From the human T2T-CHM13v2.0 reference genome, Homo sapiens: a stretch of 64,000 nucleotides of DNA. Location of the stretch: NCBI RefSeq assembly GCF_009914755.1, contig NC_060926.1. One strand, written 5' to 3'. Position 1 is the first letter of the stretch. Each line of letters begins with the position of its first letter. Positions 1 to 14,200 of this stretch are shown piece after piece. A program made the translations under genes and the position numbers. Under the pieces are notes generated by a model, which did not search any database, was not told where the DNA came from, and saw nothing but the letters and a program-made list of their open reading frames with translations.

Positions 1-183
1 TGACTCCAGTATTTTCCTCTCAGACATTTATTCAAATATCATTCAGTGGGAAAGCAAACATAGCTTATGGAAAAAAAAAAAAGCTTTAATTTGCATCAAC
101 AACAAAAGCTAAGTCTTAGATGAATGCTAAATCCTTATTTCTCATTGTCAAGAGTATCAAGCGCCAGAGTTTTGGGGCGCACG

Positions 184-186
<3 letters not shown>

Positions 187-220
<34 letters not shown>
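187..220. repeat. (AC)17 microsatellite
   Basis: Direct reading. Confidence 0.97.
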
Positions 221-223
<3 letters not shown>

Positions 224-612
224 CTAATCTCAGTGAGACCGACGCCCTCCCAGGCCTTTTGAGTTCTTTAGCTAATTGCACAAGGCAGTCAAATCAACAA
301 TGCTCTCTTTCATGCTTGAGCAACGGAGATGGGTCCTCCCTACTCAGCTTTTCATCTCTTCAGTGGAAATTATTGAATAAACAGTGAAACACAGTGCAGC
401 AACCTCCTTCCCAACCCACACACCCCCCAAGATCAAAATTGTCAGCAATCTCTAAGAACTTCCTAGGGGCTTGGCCACACCTGCCTATGATACCCGTGTG
501 GCAGACAGTGTGGGGCAGTGGATTAGCCAGAGCTGGATTCAAAAACTGGTTCCTAGCTAAGTTAATTAACTTCCCAGGGCCTCAGGGGGGAAATGGAGTT
601 AATAATGCCTAC

Positions 613-1040
613 TGTTGTCAGCTATTACAACCAACAACAAAATCTTAGTAGCATTCAATAACAAGCATTTTGCATCCATCTATGGGCAGGTAGCTGGAAA
701 CTAGCTGACTGAGGCTGGACTTGGCTGAGCATCTCTCCTTCAAGCTATAAGTCCATCTGGCTCCAATGTGTGCCATGCCTCTCATTCTGGCTACAGGTGG
801 AAGGGCAGCACCTCCAGGGAGAAGCCCTTCTCATGGAGCATGGTCTGCCACATAAATCCCTCTTTGCATCACATTTACTTTTATCCCTTGGGCCAAAATA
901 AGTTTTACGATCAAGCCAAAAGTCAAGGTGGTGCAGGTAAATAACCCCTTTGTGTACTTCTCATGTGAAAGGCACTCAACAGTTAGATGGCAAAAGAGGG
1001 TGGTGAAGAATTGGAGCTGAAAATTCAATCTGCCCCACTA
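613..1040 (-). mobile_element. Old MaLR LTR (MLT1-type) remnant
   Basis: Resembles MLT1 consensus segments (aaaatcttagtagcattcaataacaagcattt; cttgggccaaaataag...aagccaaaagtcaagg; aattcaatctgccccac). Confidence 0.55.
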
Positions 1041-1134
1041 CTGCATAGGGTTGTGGAAAAGATAAAATGCAATGATGTGTGATACATATACATATTAAGC
1101 ATTTAATAATCATTTGTGTCATTTCATTACATGC

Positions 1135-1737
1135 ACTCCAGACCCATTGCTATAGTGCCCTGGCTGAAGTCTATTCAGGCTGTGGGAGGCAGTCAAATAT
1201 GGCTTCCATCAATTTCTTCCCTTACTCTATTGGCATGCTTTTCCATGAATCAAAAAGTAGAGTATAATTCTCTTCTTTCAAATCTAAGTTAAACTTTGTG
1301 ACTTCCCTTGACCAAGATAGAGAAGCAGAAGTGACAGTCTGAGATTCCTAAGGTTAACACATAAGAAGACTTGTCACTTCTGCCTGAGTCATTGGAATGC
1401 TCACTTTAGGACCGCTCCCTCTGAAGACCAGTGGCCAAGCTGGAAGAAGCCCAAGCCACATGGGGAGGCCACAAGTACGTGCCAAAATTTACAACTCCAG
1501 CTGAGCTTCCAGCCAACAGCCAGCATCCGCTGTTAGCTATACCAGTGGGCCACTTGAACGTCCAGCCCAGTTGATCCTTCAGATGACCAGAGTCCAGCTG
1601 ATATCTTGCTGCAGTCACATGGGAGACCCCAAATGAGAGCTTCCCAGCTGAGCTCCAGTCAGCCCTCAGAACCATGGGAAATAATAATTCATTGTTTTGT
1701 CATCATGTTTTAGGATGGTTTATTTTGCAGCAGTAGG
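1135..1737 (+). mobile_element. MaLR LTR (MLT1-type)
   Basis: cagccaacagccagc, cccagctgagc..cagtca.ccctcagaaccatg, and the typical MLT1 3' end ttttaggatggtttattttgcagcagtag. Confidence 0.7.
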
Positions 1738-4015
1738 GAGGCAGAAGGCTGGCCAATGCTAATATTTCCACCGGTCACTGAAGCCATGCAGAACCCTGGT
1801 GGCTAAAGAATCTTCTCATCCCTAAACTCACCAGAGTTCCCTCTTCGTGTTGGTCCTGTCTCCCCTTTCCAGGGCTGTCAGAGCCCTTTAAAAAGGCTTT
1901 TAGCATTAGCTTAGCTCCCTCTCCAACCCCTTTCACTTCAAAGTGGGGAAGGTGTCTATGGTGTGGGAGGTAAATGAATTAGTTTGGCAGCAACTCACTG
2001 AGAGTGGACACATGCAAGTTCAAGCCTTTTGAGGGGCTGAAAGGGGATGGCTGTTCAGAGTTCTGATGCATGTATGTTTCCCTAACGCTCTTCATTCATG
2101 GGACTCAGAATGACTCAGACTTAAGATGAATTGAATTGACTCTTAGACTTTTGACTAGTAGATGATCTTTGCATTTGACCCTAAATGTACTTGATGCCAT
2201 ATTCAAGAGGCATCTGAGAATCTGATTCCCCAGAATTCTGCACTGACTTCTCCTATTTCACAAGCTCTGGGGAAGACAAGCCCATGGGCAGGCACATGAA
2301 GCTCTACAGAGTGCCTGAGAGCCACTGAAAAGGCCCTGGTGGATCTCGTGGGGCTCAGCTCCCCATGAGAACTCCACCCATCAGAGCATAGATGTCCACA
2401 GGAGCCCAACAACGTTCTTGGAAACCAAATGCAATTACAACACTTTCATTCAAGTGATTTCTTCCTGCTGACTTGCTTTATACATCTGCTCTGCAAAAGT
2501 AATTTTACAGTAAATAAAGCAGCAACCCCTTGTTGGAATTCAAGGACCTTCAGCCCTTATGTAAGTCAAAGGAAGAATCCCCATCATCCACTTATCTAAA
2601 CATGAGAGTTACACAGTCATTTAAAGGATTCAAAGGAACTAGACAAATTGCAAGTTGGTGACACAAAAGTCAACATCCTGCAGTAGAATAAAGAAATAAC
2701 AAAGCCAAGCACCGTGTTATGAATGGGATTCAGAAAATCTAGTTCCTAGAAATTCCAGTCATGGAAAAAATTGCAGAAAAAAAAAAAAAGGATTATCAGG
2801 TTTAAACCTAAACTTTCAAAACTTGTTCAGCTCCTCACCTTCCCACTTACAGACGTTATCAGCAAGCTTTCCTTTGTCTCAATGGGTGACATGGGCGAAG
2901 GAACATCCCAGCTCTATCCCTTACAGGCACATGTATTTTTAACAAAGATATTTGGCAACTGTCAGATTTTCATTCACAGAATGAGGAGCATAATATCAAA
3001 ATCACAGTTGTGAGTCTTAATGGAACTATGGCATTCATGTAAGCCTTTAACAGAACTCTTGTCTTACAATAATTCATTTCTTTGGTCAATGCTAACCCCT
3101 AAATCCAACTCTCTCTAGCTCTCTCTGTCTTTCTTTCTGTCTCTCTCTCTCATTGCCAGCCTCTACATTTCCTTATTCCCTTTTCAGACAAGGATATCTG
3201 CTTAACTCCCAACTTAAAAAAAAAATCACACAAACAAGCAAACACAAAAGCTCCTTCAACCTTGTATTTCTTTCCTACCTCCAACTCTACCCCAACTATT
3301 GCCCATTTTATAGCTTCACAGTTAACTTTTTACACTCACTGTATCTACTGCCTCCCCTTCAATTTACTGTTTGTTTTTAACACTATGTGATTTGTAACAT
3401 TTACTTTTGAGCTCTTATCCATATGAACATTTTTCATAGTTGCCAACATAAGCTGCATATATCGTACATTTATTTTTTGTAAGAATGCACAATGATATCA
3501 CTTTCTCATGTTTTACAGGCTTCATGTGCTTTATTTGTGATGGCTACATAGATTTTATTACTGATCCAAAACTTATTAAATCATTCTCATAATGTTGGGC
3601 ATTATTTTACATTTTAATTATAACTGTTAAGTGGTGTATGTGTGTGTGTGATGTGGTGTTTATAAAACAAAGAACACACAGAGTAATTTATAAACATTGA
3701 AGGCAATGTATTATATATAATTTTTACTGTGTATGTATTCATGATTTATGTATATATATATGGTTTTTAGTGTTGCTTTCAATGTTTATAAACTACTGTG
3801 TGCAGTGTTTTTTTTTCAACTCTTTCAGTTTTGTCAACATTATTTTATAAATATCTTCATGTATTGATATCTAGTTCATGTGACTGTCACTTTTAATGGC
3901 CTAGCATTTCATTGTGCTAATAGCTCATTAGGATGAAGCAATGTTAGCAGGATTCCTTAGCAGAACCATTAGAAAAATCTGAAGCATCTCATTTTTTTAA
4001 ATACTGTAAATTTTT

Positions 4016-4309
<294 letters not shown>

Positions 4310-4370
4310 AAATGCTGTAAATTTTTACTCCAAATAATAAATACACATAGTTTAAAAGTCAGATTGTCCA

Positions 4371-4689
<319 letters not shown>

Positions 4690-5071
4690 TCACAAAACAA
4701 AATGCTCTCATTTTCTATCTCACCATTCTCCCTGTTCCTAGACCTTTTCAACTATTTTAACTAAATATTGTCATTTCTACATTGCCATGTTTCTCAATGA
4801 TATGCATACACTGATATATTTTGATTCATCAATTTCAGACATTATCTATTGACTTTCTATTTTAGAAGTGATACTCAGCTCTCCAATGTCAATCACATCA
4901 AGGTAACTATTATTAATAATTTCTCTTTTCCCTGTTGGCAGTATCCTTTTAGGAACCTTCTTTCTGCTTCTCTCTGGACTGGCTCTTCTCCAGGCCACCT
5001 GCACAGCCATCCTCCTAGGGTGGCCCTTTGCTGTCATCCTAAGCATTCCCTTTGCCTTTCTCCTGAGTTGG

Positions 5072-5128
5072 TGTATTAGGCAGGGTTCTCCAGAGAAATA
5101 GAACCAATAGGATATGTGTGTTTGGAAA

Positions 5129-5174
<46 letters not shown>

Positions 5175-5569
5175 GAGGGAGAGAGAGAGGAAGGTGGGGA
5201 AGGGAAAGAGGAAGAAAGAGATTTATTTTAAGGAATTGATTCATGTAATTGTGGGGACTGGCAAGTCAAAAATCTGTAGAGCAGGCTAGAGACCAAGGGA
5301 AGAGTTGAATTCTTACAGTCTTGAGTCCCAAGGTGCATTGGAGGCAGAATTCCTTCTTCTTCACGGACCTCAATCTTTTCTCTCAAGGCCTTAAACTGAT
5401 TAGATGAAACCCACCGCAAAGGACAGGTAATCTGCTTTACTCAAAGTCTACTGATTTAAATATTAACACCATCTAAAAAACACCTTCACAGCAAAGTCAA
5501 AACTGGTATTTGACCAAACAACTGGCCACCACAGCTTAGCCAAGCTGACACATAAAGTTAACTATCACA
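5072..5569 (-). mobile_element. ERVL LTR (MLT2-type) containing a (GA)n tract at ~5127-5190
   Basis: tgtattagg cagggttctccagagaaatagaaccaatagga ... ttaactatcaca termini typical of MLT2. Confidence 0.85.
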
Positions 5570-6029
5570 GATTGGTTCCCTGTTTTCTTGGTATCAAGTC
5601 TTCCTTTCTGGCTTTCCTCTTTCATTTTGGTGCATCTTGTCTAGCACCATCTTGAGAACATATGCATGGCAGGTAAATTTCTTGAGATCTCACATATTGG
5701 AACATGTCTTATTCTATCCCAGCATTTCACTGATAGTTTGACTATGCGTGGACATACAACCCAATTCTGGGTTGTAAATAATTTTCCTCTATTACCTGCT
5801 GGCTTCAAATGTTGCTGTTGAGGAACCCAAGGTCATTTTAATTCCTGATTCTCCTTACATGACCTGATTTTTCCCTCTAGAATCTTACAAAGCCTTCTCT
5901 CTGTCCCAAATATTCTGAAATGTAATAATGAGCTTGGAGTAGATCTATTTTTAGCTTTATTCAGGGAACTCAGAACATTTTTTCAAACTAGACACTCATG
6001 TCCTTCATTCTAAGAAATTTTCTTCATGA

Positions 6030-8070
6030 TTTTTTTTTCTTTTTTAAATCAACTTTTATTTTAAACTCCAGGGTACATATGCAGGATTTCCAGATTTGTT
6101 ACATAGGTAAATATGTGCCAGGGTGGTTTGCTGCACAGATCAACCCATCACCCAGGTATTAAGCCCAGCATTTATTAGCTTTTCTTCCTGATGCTCTCCC
6201 TCCCCACAAGCCCCTGATAGGCCCCAGAGTGTGTTGTTCCCCACCTCCCCATGTGTCTGTGTGTTCTCATTGTTCAGCTCCCACTTATAAGTAAGAACAT
6301 GCAGTGTTTGGTTTTCTGTTCCCATGCTAGTTTGCTGAGGACAATAGCTTCTAGCTCCATCTATGTCCCTGCAAACGGCATGATCTCAATCCTTTTTATG
6401 GCTGCATAGTATTCCGTGGTACATATGTACCACATTTTCTTTATCTAGTCTATCATTGATGGGTTTGGGGGTTGGTTCCATGTCTTTGCTATTGAAAATA
6501 GTGCTGCAGTGAACGTACGCATGCATGTATCTTTATAATAGAATGATTTATATTCCTTGGATATATACCCAGTAATGGGATTGCTGGGTCAAATGGTATT
6601 TCTGCTTCTAGATCTTTGAGGAATCACCACACTACTTTCCACAGTTGAAATAATTTACATTCCCACTAACAATGTAAAAGCATTCCTTTGTCTCCGCAAC
6701 CTTGCCAGCATCTGTTGTTTCTTGACTTTTTAACAATTGCCATTCTGACTGGCATAAGACAGTATCTCATTGTGGTTTTGATTTGCATTTCTCTAATAAT
6801 CAGTGATGAGCTTTTTTTCATATTTGTTGGCTGCATGACTGTCTTCTTTTGAGAAGTGTCTGTTCACGTTCTTTGCCAACTTTTTGATTGGGTTGTTTTT
6901 TTCTTGTAAATTTGTTTAAGTTCCTTGCAGGCTCTGGATATTAGACCTTTGTCAGATTGACAGATTGCAAAAATTTTCTCTTATTCTGTAGGTTGTCTGT
7001 ACATGCTAATGACAGTTTCTTTTGCTACACAGAAGCTCTTTAGTTTAATTAGATCCCGTTTGTCAATTTTTGCTTTTATTGAAATTGCTTTTGTTGTTTT
7101 CTTCATGAAATCTTTGCCCATGCCCATGTCCTGAATGGTATTGCCTAGATTTTTTCCTATGGTTTTTATAGTTTTGGGTATTACGTTTAAGTCTTTAATC
7201 CATCTTGAGTCAATTTTTGTATAAGGTTTAAGGAAGTGGTCCAGTTTCAATTTTCTGTATATGGCTAGCCAGTTCTCCCAGCACCATTTATTAAATATGA
7301 AATTTGTTGTCCATTATTTGTTGTTGTCAGGTTTGTCAAAGATCACATGGTTGTGGGTGTGCAGTCTTATTTCTGAGTTCTCTATTCTGTTCCATTGGTA
7401 TATGTATCTGTTTTTATGCAGTACCATGGTGTTCTGGTTATGGTAGCTTTGCTGTATAGTTTGAAGTCAGGTAGCGTGATACCTCCAGCTTTATTCTTTT
7501 TGCTTAGGATTATCTTGGCTATACAGGCTATTTTTTGGTTCCATATGAATTTTAAAATAGATTTTTCTAATTCTGTGAAGAATGTCAATGGTAGTTTAAT
7601 GGGAATAGCATTGAATCTATAAATTACTTTGTGCAGTATGGCCATATTTAAGATATTGACTCTTTCTATCCATGAGCATGGAATGTCTTTCCATTTGTAT
7701 GCTCCCTGATTTCCTTGAGCAGTGGTTTGTAGCCCTCCTTGAAGAGGTCCTTCACCTTCCTTGCTAGCTGTATTCCTAGGTATTTTATTCTCTTTGTAGC
7801 ATTTGTGAATGGAAGTTCATTCATGATTTGGCTCTCTGCATGCCTATTATTGGTGTATAGAAATGCTAGCAAATTTTGCACATTGATTTTGTATCCTGAG
7901 ACTTTGCTGAAGTTGCTTATCAGCTTAAGAAGCTTTTGGGCTGAGACAATGGGGTTTTCTAGATATAGGATCATGTCATTGGCAAACAAAGATAATCTGA
8001 CTTCCTCTCTTCCTATGTGAATACCCCTTATTTCTTTCTCTTGCCTGATTGCCCTGGCCAAAAACTTCCA
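6030..8070 (-). mobile_element. 5'-truncated older primate L1 (L1PA8-PB range): ORF2 3' part plus 3' UTR
   Basis: Minus-strand ORFs 6981-8061 translate to L1 ORF2 ([10 protein letters not shown].., F-A-N-D for FADD, IPIKLP.., [10 protein letters not shown]) with frameshifts. Poly-T tail at ~6030. Confidence 0.95.
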
Positions 8071-8450
8071 ACTTTTATTTTAGGTCCAGAGGGTACATGT
8101 GCAGGTTTGTTACATGGGTAAATTGCATGTCTTGGGGGTTTGGTGTGCAGATTATTTTGTCACCAGATAATGAGCATAGTACCCAATAAGTTGTTTTTTG
8201 ATCCTCACCCTCTTCCCCCGATCCACCCTTCAGTAGGCTCCAATGTCTACTATTTCCTTCTTTGTGTCCATGTGTACTTAATATTTAGTTCCCGCTTATA
8301 AGTGAGAACATGCAATATTTGGTTTTCTGTTTCTGCATTAATTCACTTAGGATAATGGCCTCTAGCTCCATTCAGATTGCTGCAAAGGACATGATCTCAT
8401 TCTCTTTTATGGCTATGTAGTATTCCATGGTGTATATGTGTGCCACATTT
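8069..8450 (-). mobile_element. Second L1 3'-end fragment (L1PA13-PB-like)
   Basis: A new L1 3' terminus (acttttattttaggtccagagggtacatgtgcaggtttgttacatggg) abuts the truncated 5' end of the preceding L1. Confidence 0.88.
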
Positions 8451-8853
8451 TTTCCCTTTATTTTCCTTGTTCTCCCATTCTATGATTCTATTATTCAGAT
8501 GTTGGACCTTCTGCATTTGTGCATTATTTTATTCACATTTTTTCTTCTCTTTTTCATTGCATTGTCTTTTTTGCTCTACTTCCTACAAAAAAGTCTTCAA
8601 GCTTATTTTTCTAATATTCTGTTGTGTTTTTTTTTCAATTATACTATTGTGTCATAATTTCTCAAAGTTCTTTTTTTATCTGAATGTTCCTTTTTCTAGC
8701 ATTTTTTTAATTTTATGGATGTAATATCTGCTCTCAAAGCTCTGAAAATAGCAATTTGGGAAATAAGCTCTTCTTTCAACATGGTCTCTGTTACCTCTAA
8801 GTGCTTTTCTCTGTGTGTATGTGTGTGTTTGTCTCAATCTTTTATAACACAGT

Positions 8854-9227
8854 CTATATCAGTCCATTCTCACACTACTATAAAGACATACCTGAGACTG
8901 GGTAATTTATAAAGAAAAGAGGTTTAATCAGCTCACAGTTCTGTGGGCATACAGGCTTCTGCTTCTGGGGAGGCCTCAGGAAACTTACAATCATGGTGGA
9001 AGGCAAAAGGGAAGCAGACACATCTTACATGGTGGGAGCGGGAGGAAGAGAGAGAAAAGGGAGGTGCTACACACTTTTAAATAACCAGATCTCATGAGAA
9101 CTCACTCACTATCACAAGAACAGCAAGGGTGAAGTAACACAATCATCTCCCACCAGGGCCCTCCTCCCACACTAGGGATTAAAATTGGACGTGAAATTTG
9201 GGTGGGGACACAGAGCCAAACCATTAC
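8854..9227 (-). mobile_element. MaLR LTR (MSTA/MSTB-type solo LTR)
   Basis: cctgagactgggtaatttataaagaaaagaggtttaat ... gggtggggacacagagccaaaccat consensus motifs. Confidence 0.9.
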
Positions 9228-9450
9228 ACATCCTTTCTATGAATGTGTGGTCATTATGGTTCATCTGTTCATGTCTAAGTGTGGGAACTGATTAGAAGCT
9301 CAAAGTTTGTGAGTGGAGCTTGTCTTCTTTAGGCTTCTTTGCAGAGTGACTGGGCTGAGTCAGTCATTGAAAAAGCCCTGATGTTAGTATCTTTAGAGTT
9401 TTTTTCTTGGGATGACAAATTCCCAATAGAAAACATTTCATTCTCCTGCC

Positions 9451-9560
9451 GGTGCCACTGCACTCCAGCATGGGCAATAGAGTGAGACTCCATCTTAAAA
9501 ATAAAATAAAATAAAATAAAATAAAATAAAATAAAATAAAATAAAATAAAATAAAATAAA
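9451..9560 (+). mobile_element. Heavily 5'-truncated Alu (last ~46 nt) with (TAAAA)n tail
   Basis: gccactgcactccagcatgggcaatagagtgagactccatct followed by about 12 TAAAA units. Confidence 0.85.
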
Positions 9561-10580
9561 TTCCTGCCTGGAAGGTAATGGTCTGGCTGCCAGCACTCAT
9601 GGAGATCAGTGAGGGAATAGAGCTGAAGGTCTGAGCCTTCAGCATTCAGTACATTCAGTACTCCTCTATTCCCACAACTCCCCTATTTTCAGTAGAGAAC
9701 TGATGGCCTCAGCTATGCCTAGCATCCCCCAGTCCAAACCCTCTGTTTTATTTTCATCAGAGAACGACATTCCAATCTTCTGCTGAGGTTGAGGAAGACT
9801 GACTACCCAGAGAGCATCTGGGGATCTAGCTGCTTTTTAAAGAGCTTTCAATTACTTTCTTTATTTTAGCCCCATGCTGTATCCCTCAGTACCAGTGATT
9901 CTGCGGTACAGATAAGGAGGGTTCACCACTTTTCCCATTGTCAGGTTAGATGCAACTTTCCAGCTGTTAGATTTGTATTGACATTGTTCCCTCTTCCTTT
10001 TTCCCATCCTTGTGGGACTCGTTATTGTTGTTGTTGTTGATGATGATGATGATGTTTACTTCCAATACTTTGGTTTTAGTGAGATTCTGAGAGAGAGCAA
10101 ACTTAGATGGGTGTGTTCCATCCACCATCTTCACCTTGATACTTCACACACTTTTCTGCTCACTGAAATATAAATTATTCTCCCAAATTTCCACAAAGCT
10201 TCTTGCATGAAGATCACTAAAGAACTCCTAACTGCCAAATCTAATGAACAGCTTTAAGTTCTTATCTTCTTGACCTCCCTACGCCAATTGATATTCATGA
10301 CTATTCTCTTCTAGAAATGCCTGTTTCACTTCTTGTTTCCTCTTTCTATGTCAAGCTCTGTAAAGATGTTGGTGCTCCCCTGGGCTCCATCGTTGCCCTC
10401 ATTTCTTATTACTTTCTTCACTTAGCCCAAGGTGGGATTTAAGCACATTCATAGCTTCAACTCATACATTCATGACTTCAAAAGCCCCTTAGCCTAGGCA
10501 CAGTTCCTGTGTATAAAATTCATATAAGTATCTTCAGGATTATAATTTTGCAATTAAATATGAAGCAGCAGTATCAGTGA

Positions 10581-12009
<1,429 letters not shown>

Positions 12010-14009
12010 AAAAGATATAAAGAAACATCTCAGAGAGGGATAAAGTAATTCAACTGAAGATGCATAGTAGGATTGCAGTTTATAAATCTGAATTCTAGCT
12101 GCAATGAAGACTAGAGGGTGTAGTTGTTTTAACTGTTTCTTAGGAGAATATGATTTATGGGTAACTATCAAAATGTGGAAAAAATATTCCAAATATGTCT
12201 ACTACATATGCATAGCATATTGCTATGTATAGGATTTGGATTTTTTCCCTTGTTTTTCTGTTTTCCACAGTTCCTGAATTGACTATATGATTAAACACTG
12301 TGCTTTAAGCTGACACCATTACCTACCAAGGTTGTAATAATCTCCTGCCATACTTCTGTTTTATAATTTTCTGTTCAGACAGCAAATTAAAAAGCCTTCT
12401 TGTCTACCACCTGAGGTTTTTGCCTCTGCCTCTGAGCAAATTCGGTTTTTAGAGGACAGTATTGTAGGGCTGGACCTTTACTTCCTCCTTATTGGTCCTT
12501 GGATTTGTAATAATCTCATTGAGTTTTTTCCTGTATTTCAAGCCAAGATAGTAATTCCCCTATGCTATAAAGTCCCTTGGTCTTCTTTATCTGTTAATTA
12601 ATCGACCCCACTATTTCTTTGGGTTAAGCTCACAATTTAAGTACCTACATTTATGACTACAATTAAGATTGCATAGCAGGTGAGTCTTCAACACTTGATG
12701 AAAAATATAATGAAGAGGAAAACAAGACCTGTGGTAGCAACACCATTCATGCCTTCAGCTCTCCCTATTTTGAGAAGAGTCTGCCCTAGCTTCATGAATC
12801 AACCCCTATCTCAGGGACACAGAGACTCTCTTATAAGAATGGTATATGATCTCCCCACTGTTACTTTGGCCACAGAAAGAACAAATGCTTTTACATATGA
12901 GGTTCCAGGATAAGCCTACTTCTTAGACCCCCATCTTGGACATATTCATTTCAGCCTGAAAACCTGTGCCAGAAATCTGACCCAGGTCTGAGTGCTCCCA
13001 AGCACTTCCCTAAGGTGTCACTGCTCAGAGGCAAACCCATCAGGTAAATGCACACCTTGTCACTAGCCACAATTCTGCCCCAAGCCCTTCTGTGCCCTGG
13101 TAAGTCATGATGGATTATGAATAAGAGTAAGCACCCTAGAGATCCCTTTCACTCAGACTGGAAGTGGCTTAATTAGCCCAGATCTTGGTCTCATTGCCAC
13201 AGGCTGCTCCCTGATCACTTTTGAATATTCTTAGTGAAAGAATGTCTCATTACTAGTAGGAAGAGACATTTGTCATGTTTTAATTCATTCATCTTCTGGC
13301 ACGAGTTGCCCTCACGAGTTGTGATCCAACAGTGCCTCACTAAGGAGTCCACTATATCAGAACTACTTGGGATTGGCACAGTGCAGTGATTGGAACATGC
13401 TGAGCTTCCTCTAAAAGACAGACTAAACCACGTTATTGTACCAACACCTGTTTTATGTGTTTTGTCTCCTAACTAAACTCTGTTAAGGTCCAGGTTATAT
13501 TTATTTTTTTATCTTCAAACACAAGGCCTGCCATATAATAATAGATATCCAAAAACTATTTTCAAATGAATGAATGAGTTAATGAGAATGAATAATAATG
13601 GCTCTTTCCTATGAATCCCTAGGTCTCAACACCCAATATCAGAAAGAAGCATCATGCCTTATTACAATGTACTCAAGACATTCCACTAAAGCTTAGCTAT
13701 CCAGCATTTTTGGCTAGCAGAAACAGCAGGGCTGCCAATAGATAATTGATATCCCCAAAGCATGTTTTCTATTTGTTTTCTGCATGCATCCTAGGAAACC
13801 AACAACTCCCAGTAGTTCCTGGGTGAGCTAGAATATTTATCTTTGCATTTTTCAAAGTTGATAATGTGAATGTCCACAGCAGAGAAATAGCTTTGGTTCA
13901 CTGGTGAGCCACTCTGAATGTGGCTCTTCTAAAATTTTTTCTCATATCAAGAAGAAATTCATGAGCAATTTCCCAGAACCCTCCAATAACAATAAAAGCC
14001 AGCATTGAC

Positions 14010-14200
14010 TGCATGCTTCCTGAGGGCCACACATAACATACATTATCTCATGGAAACTGCATAACAACTCAATGAGGTACATAATAATATTATTATCACC
14101 ATCTTGCAGAAAGGAAGTTGTGGTATGGACAGGTCAAGTACCTTGCACAGTCACCCAGTTAAAACTGGTGGACTTGTGCTTTGCCCCAGATAGCCTGACA
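14010..14200 (-). mobile_element. MIR remnant
   Basis: ataacaactcaatgaggtac..attatcaccatcttgcagaaaggaa...aggtcaagtaccttgcacagtcacccag resembles the MIR core. Confidence 0.6.

Noticed and set aside
6981-8061. Reverse-transcriptase-like ORFs that could suggest a novel RT system
   Set aside because: Frameshifted fragments of ordinary L1 ORF2. The catalytic FADD is mutated to FAND and the element is 5'-truncated.
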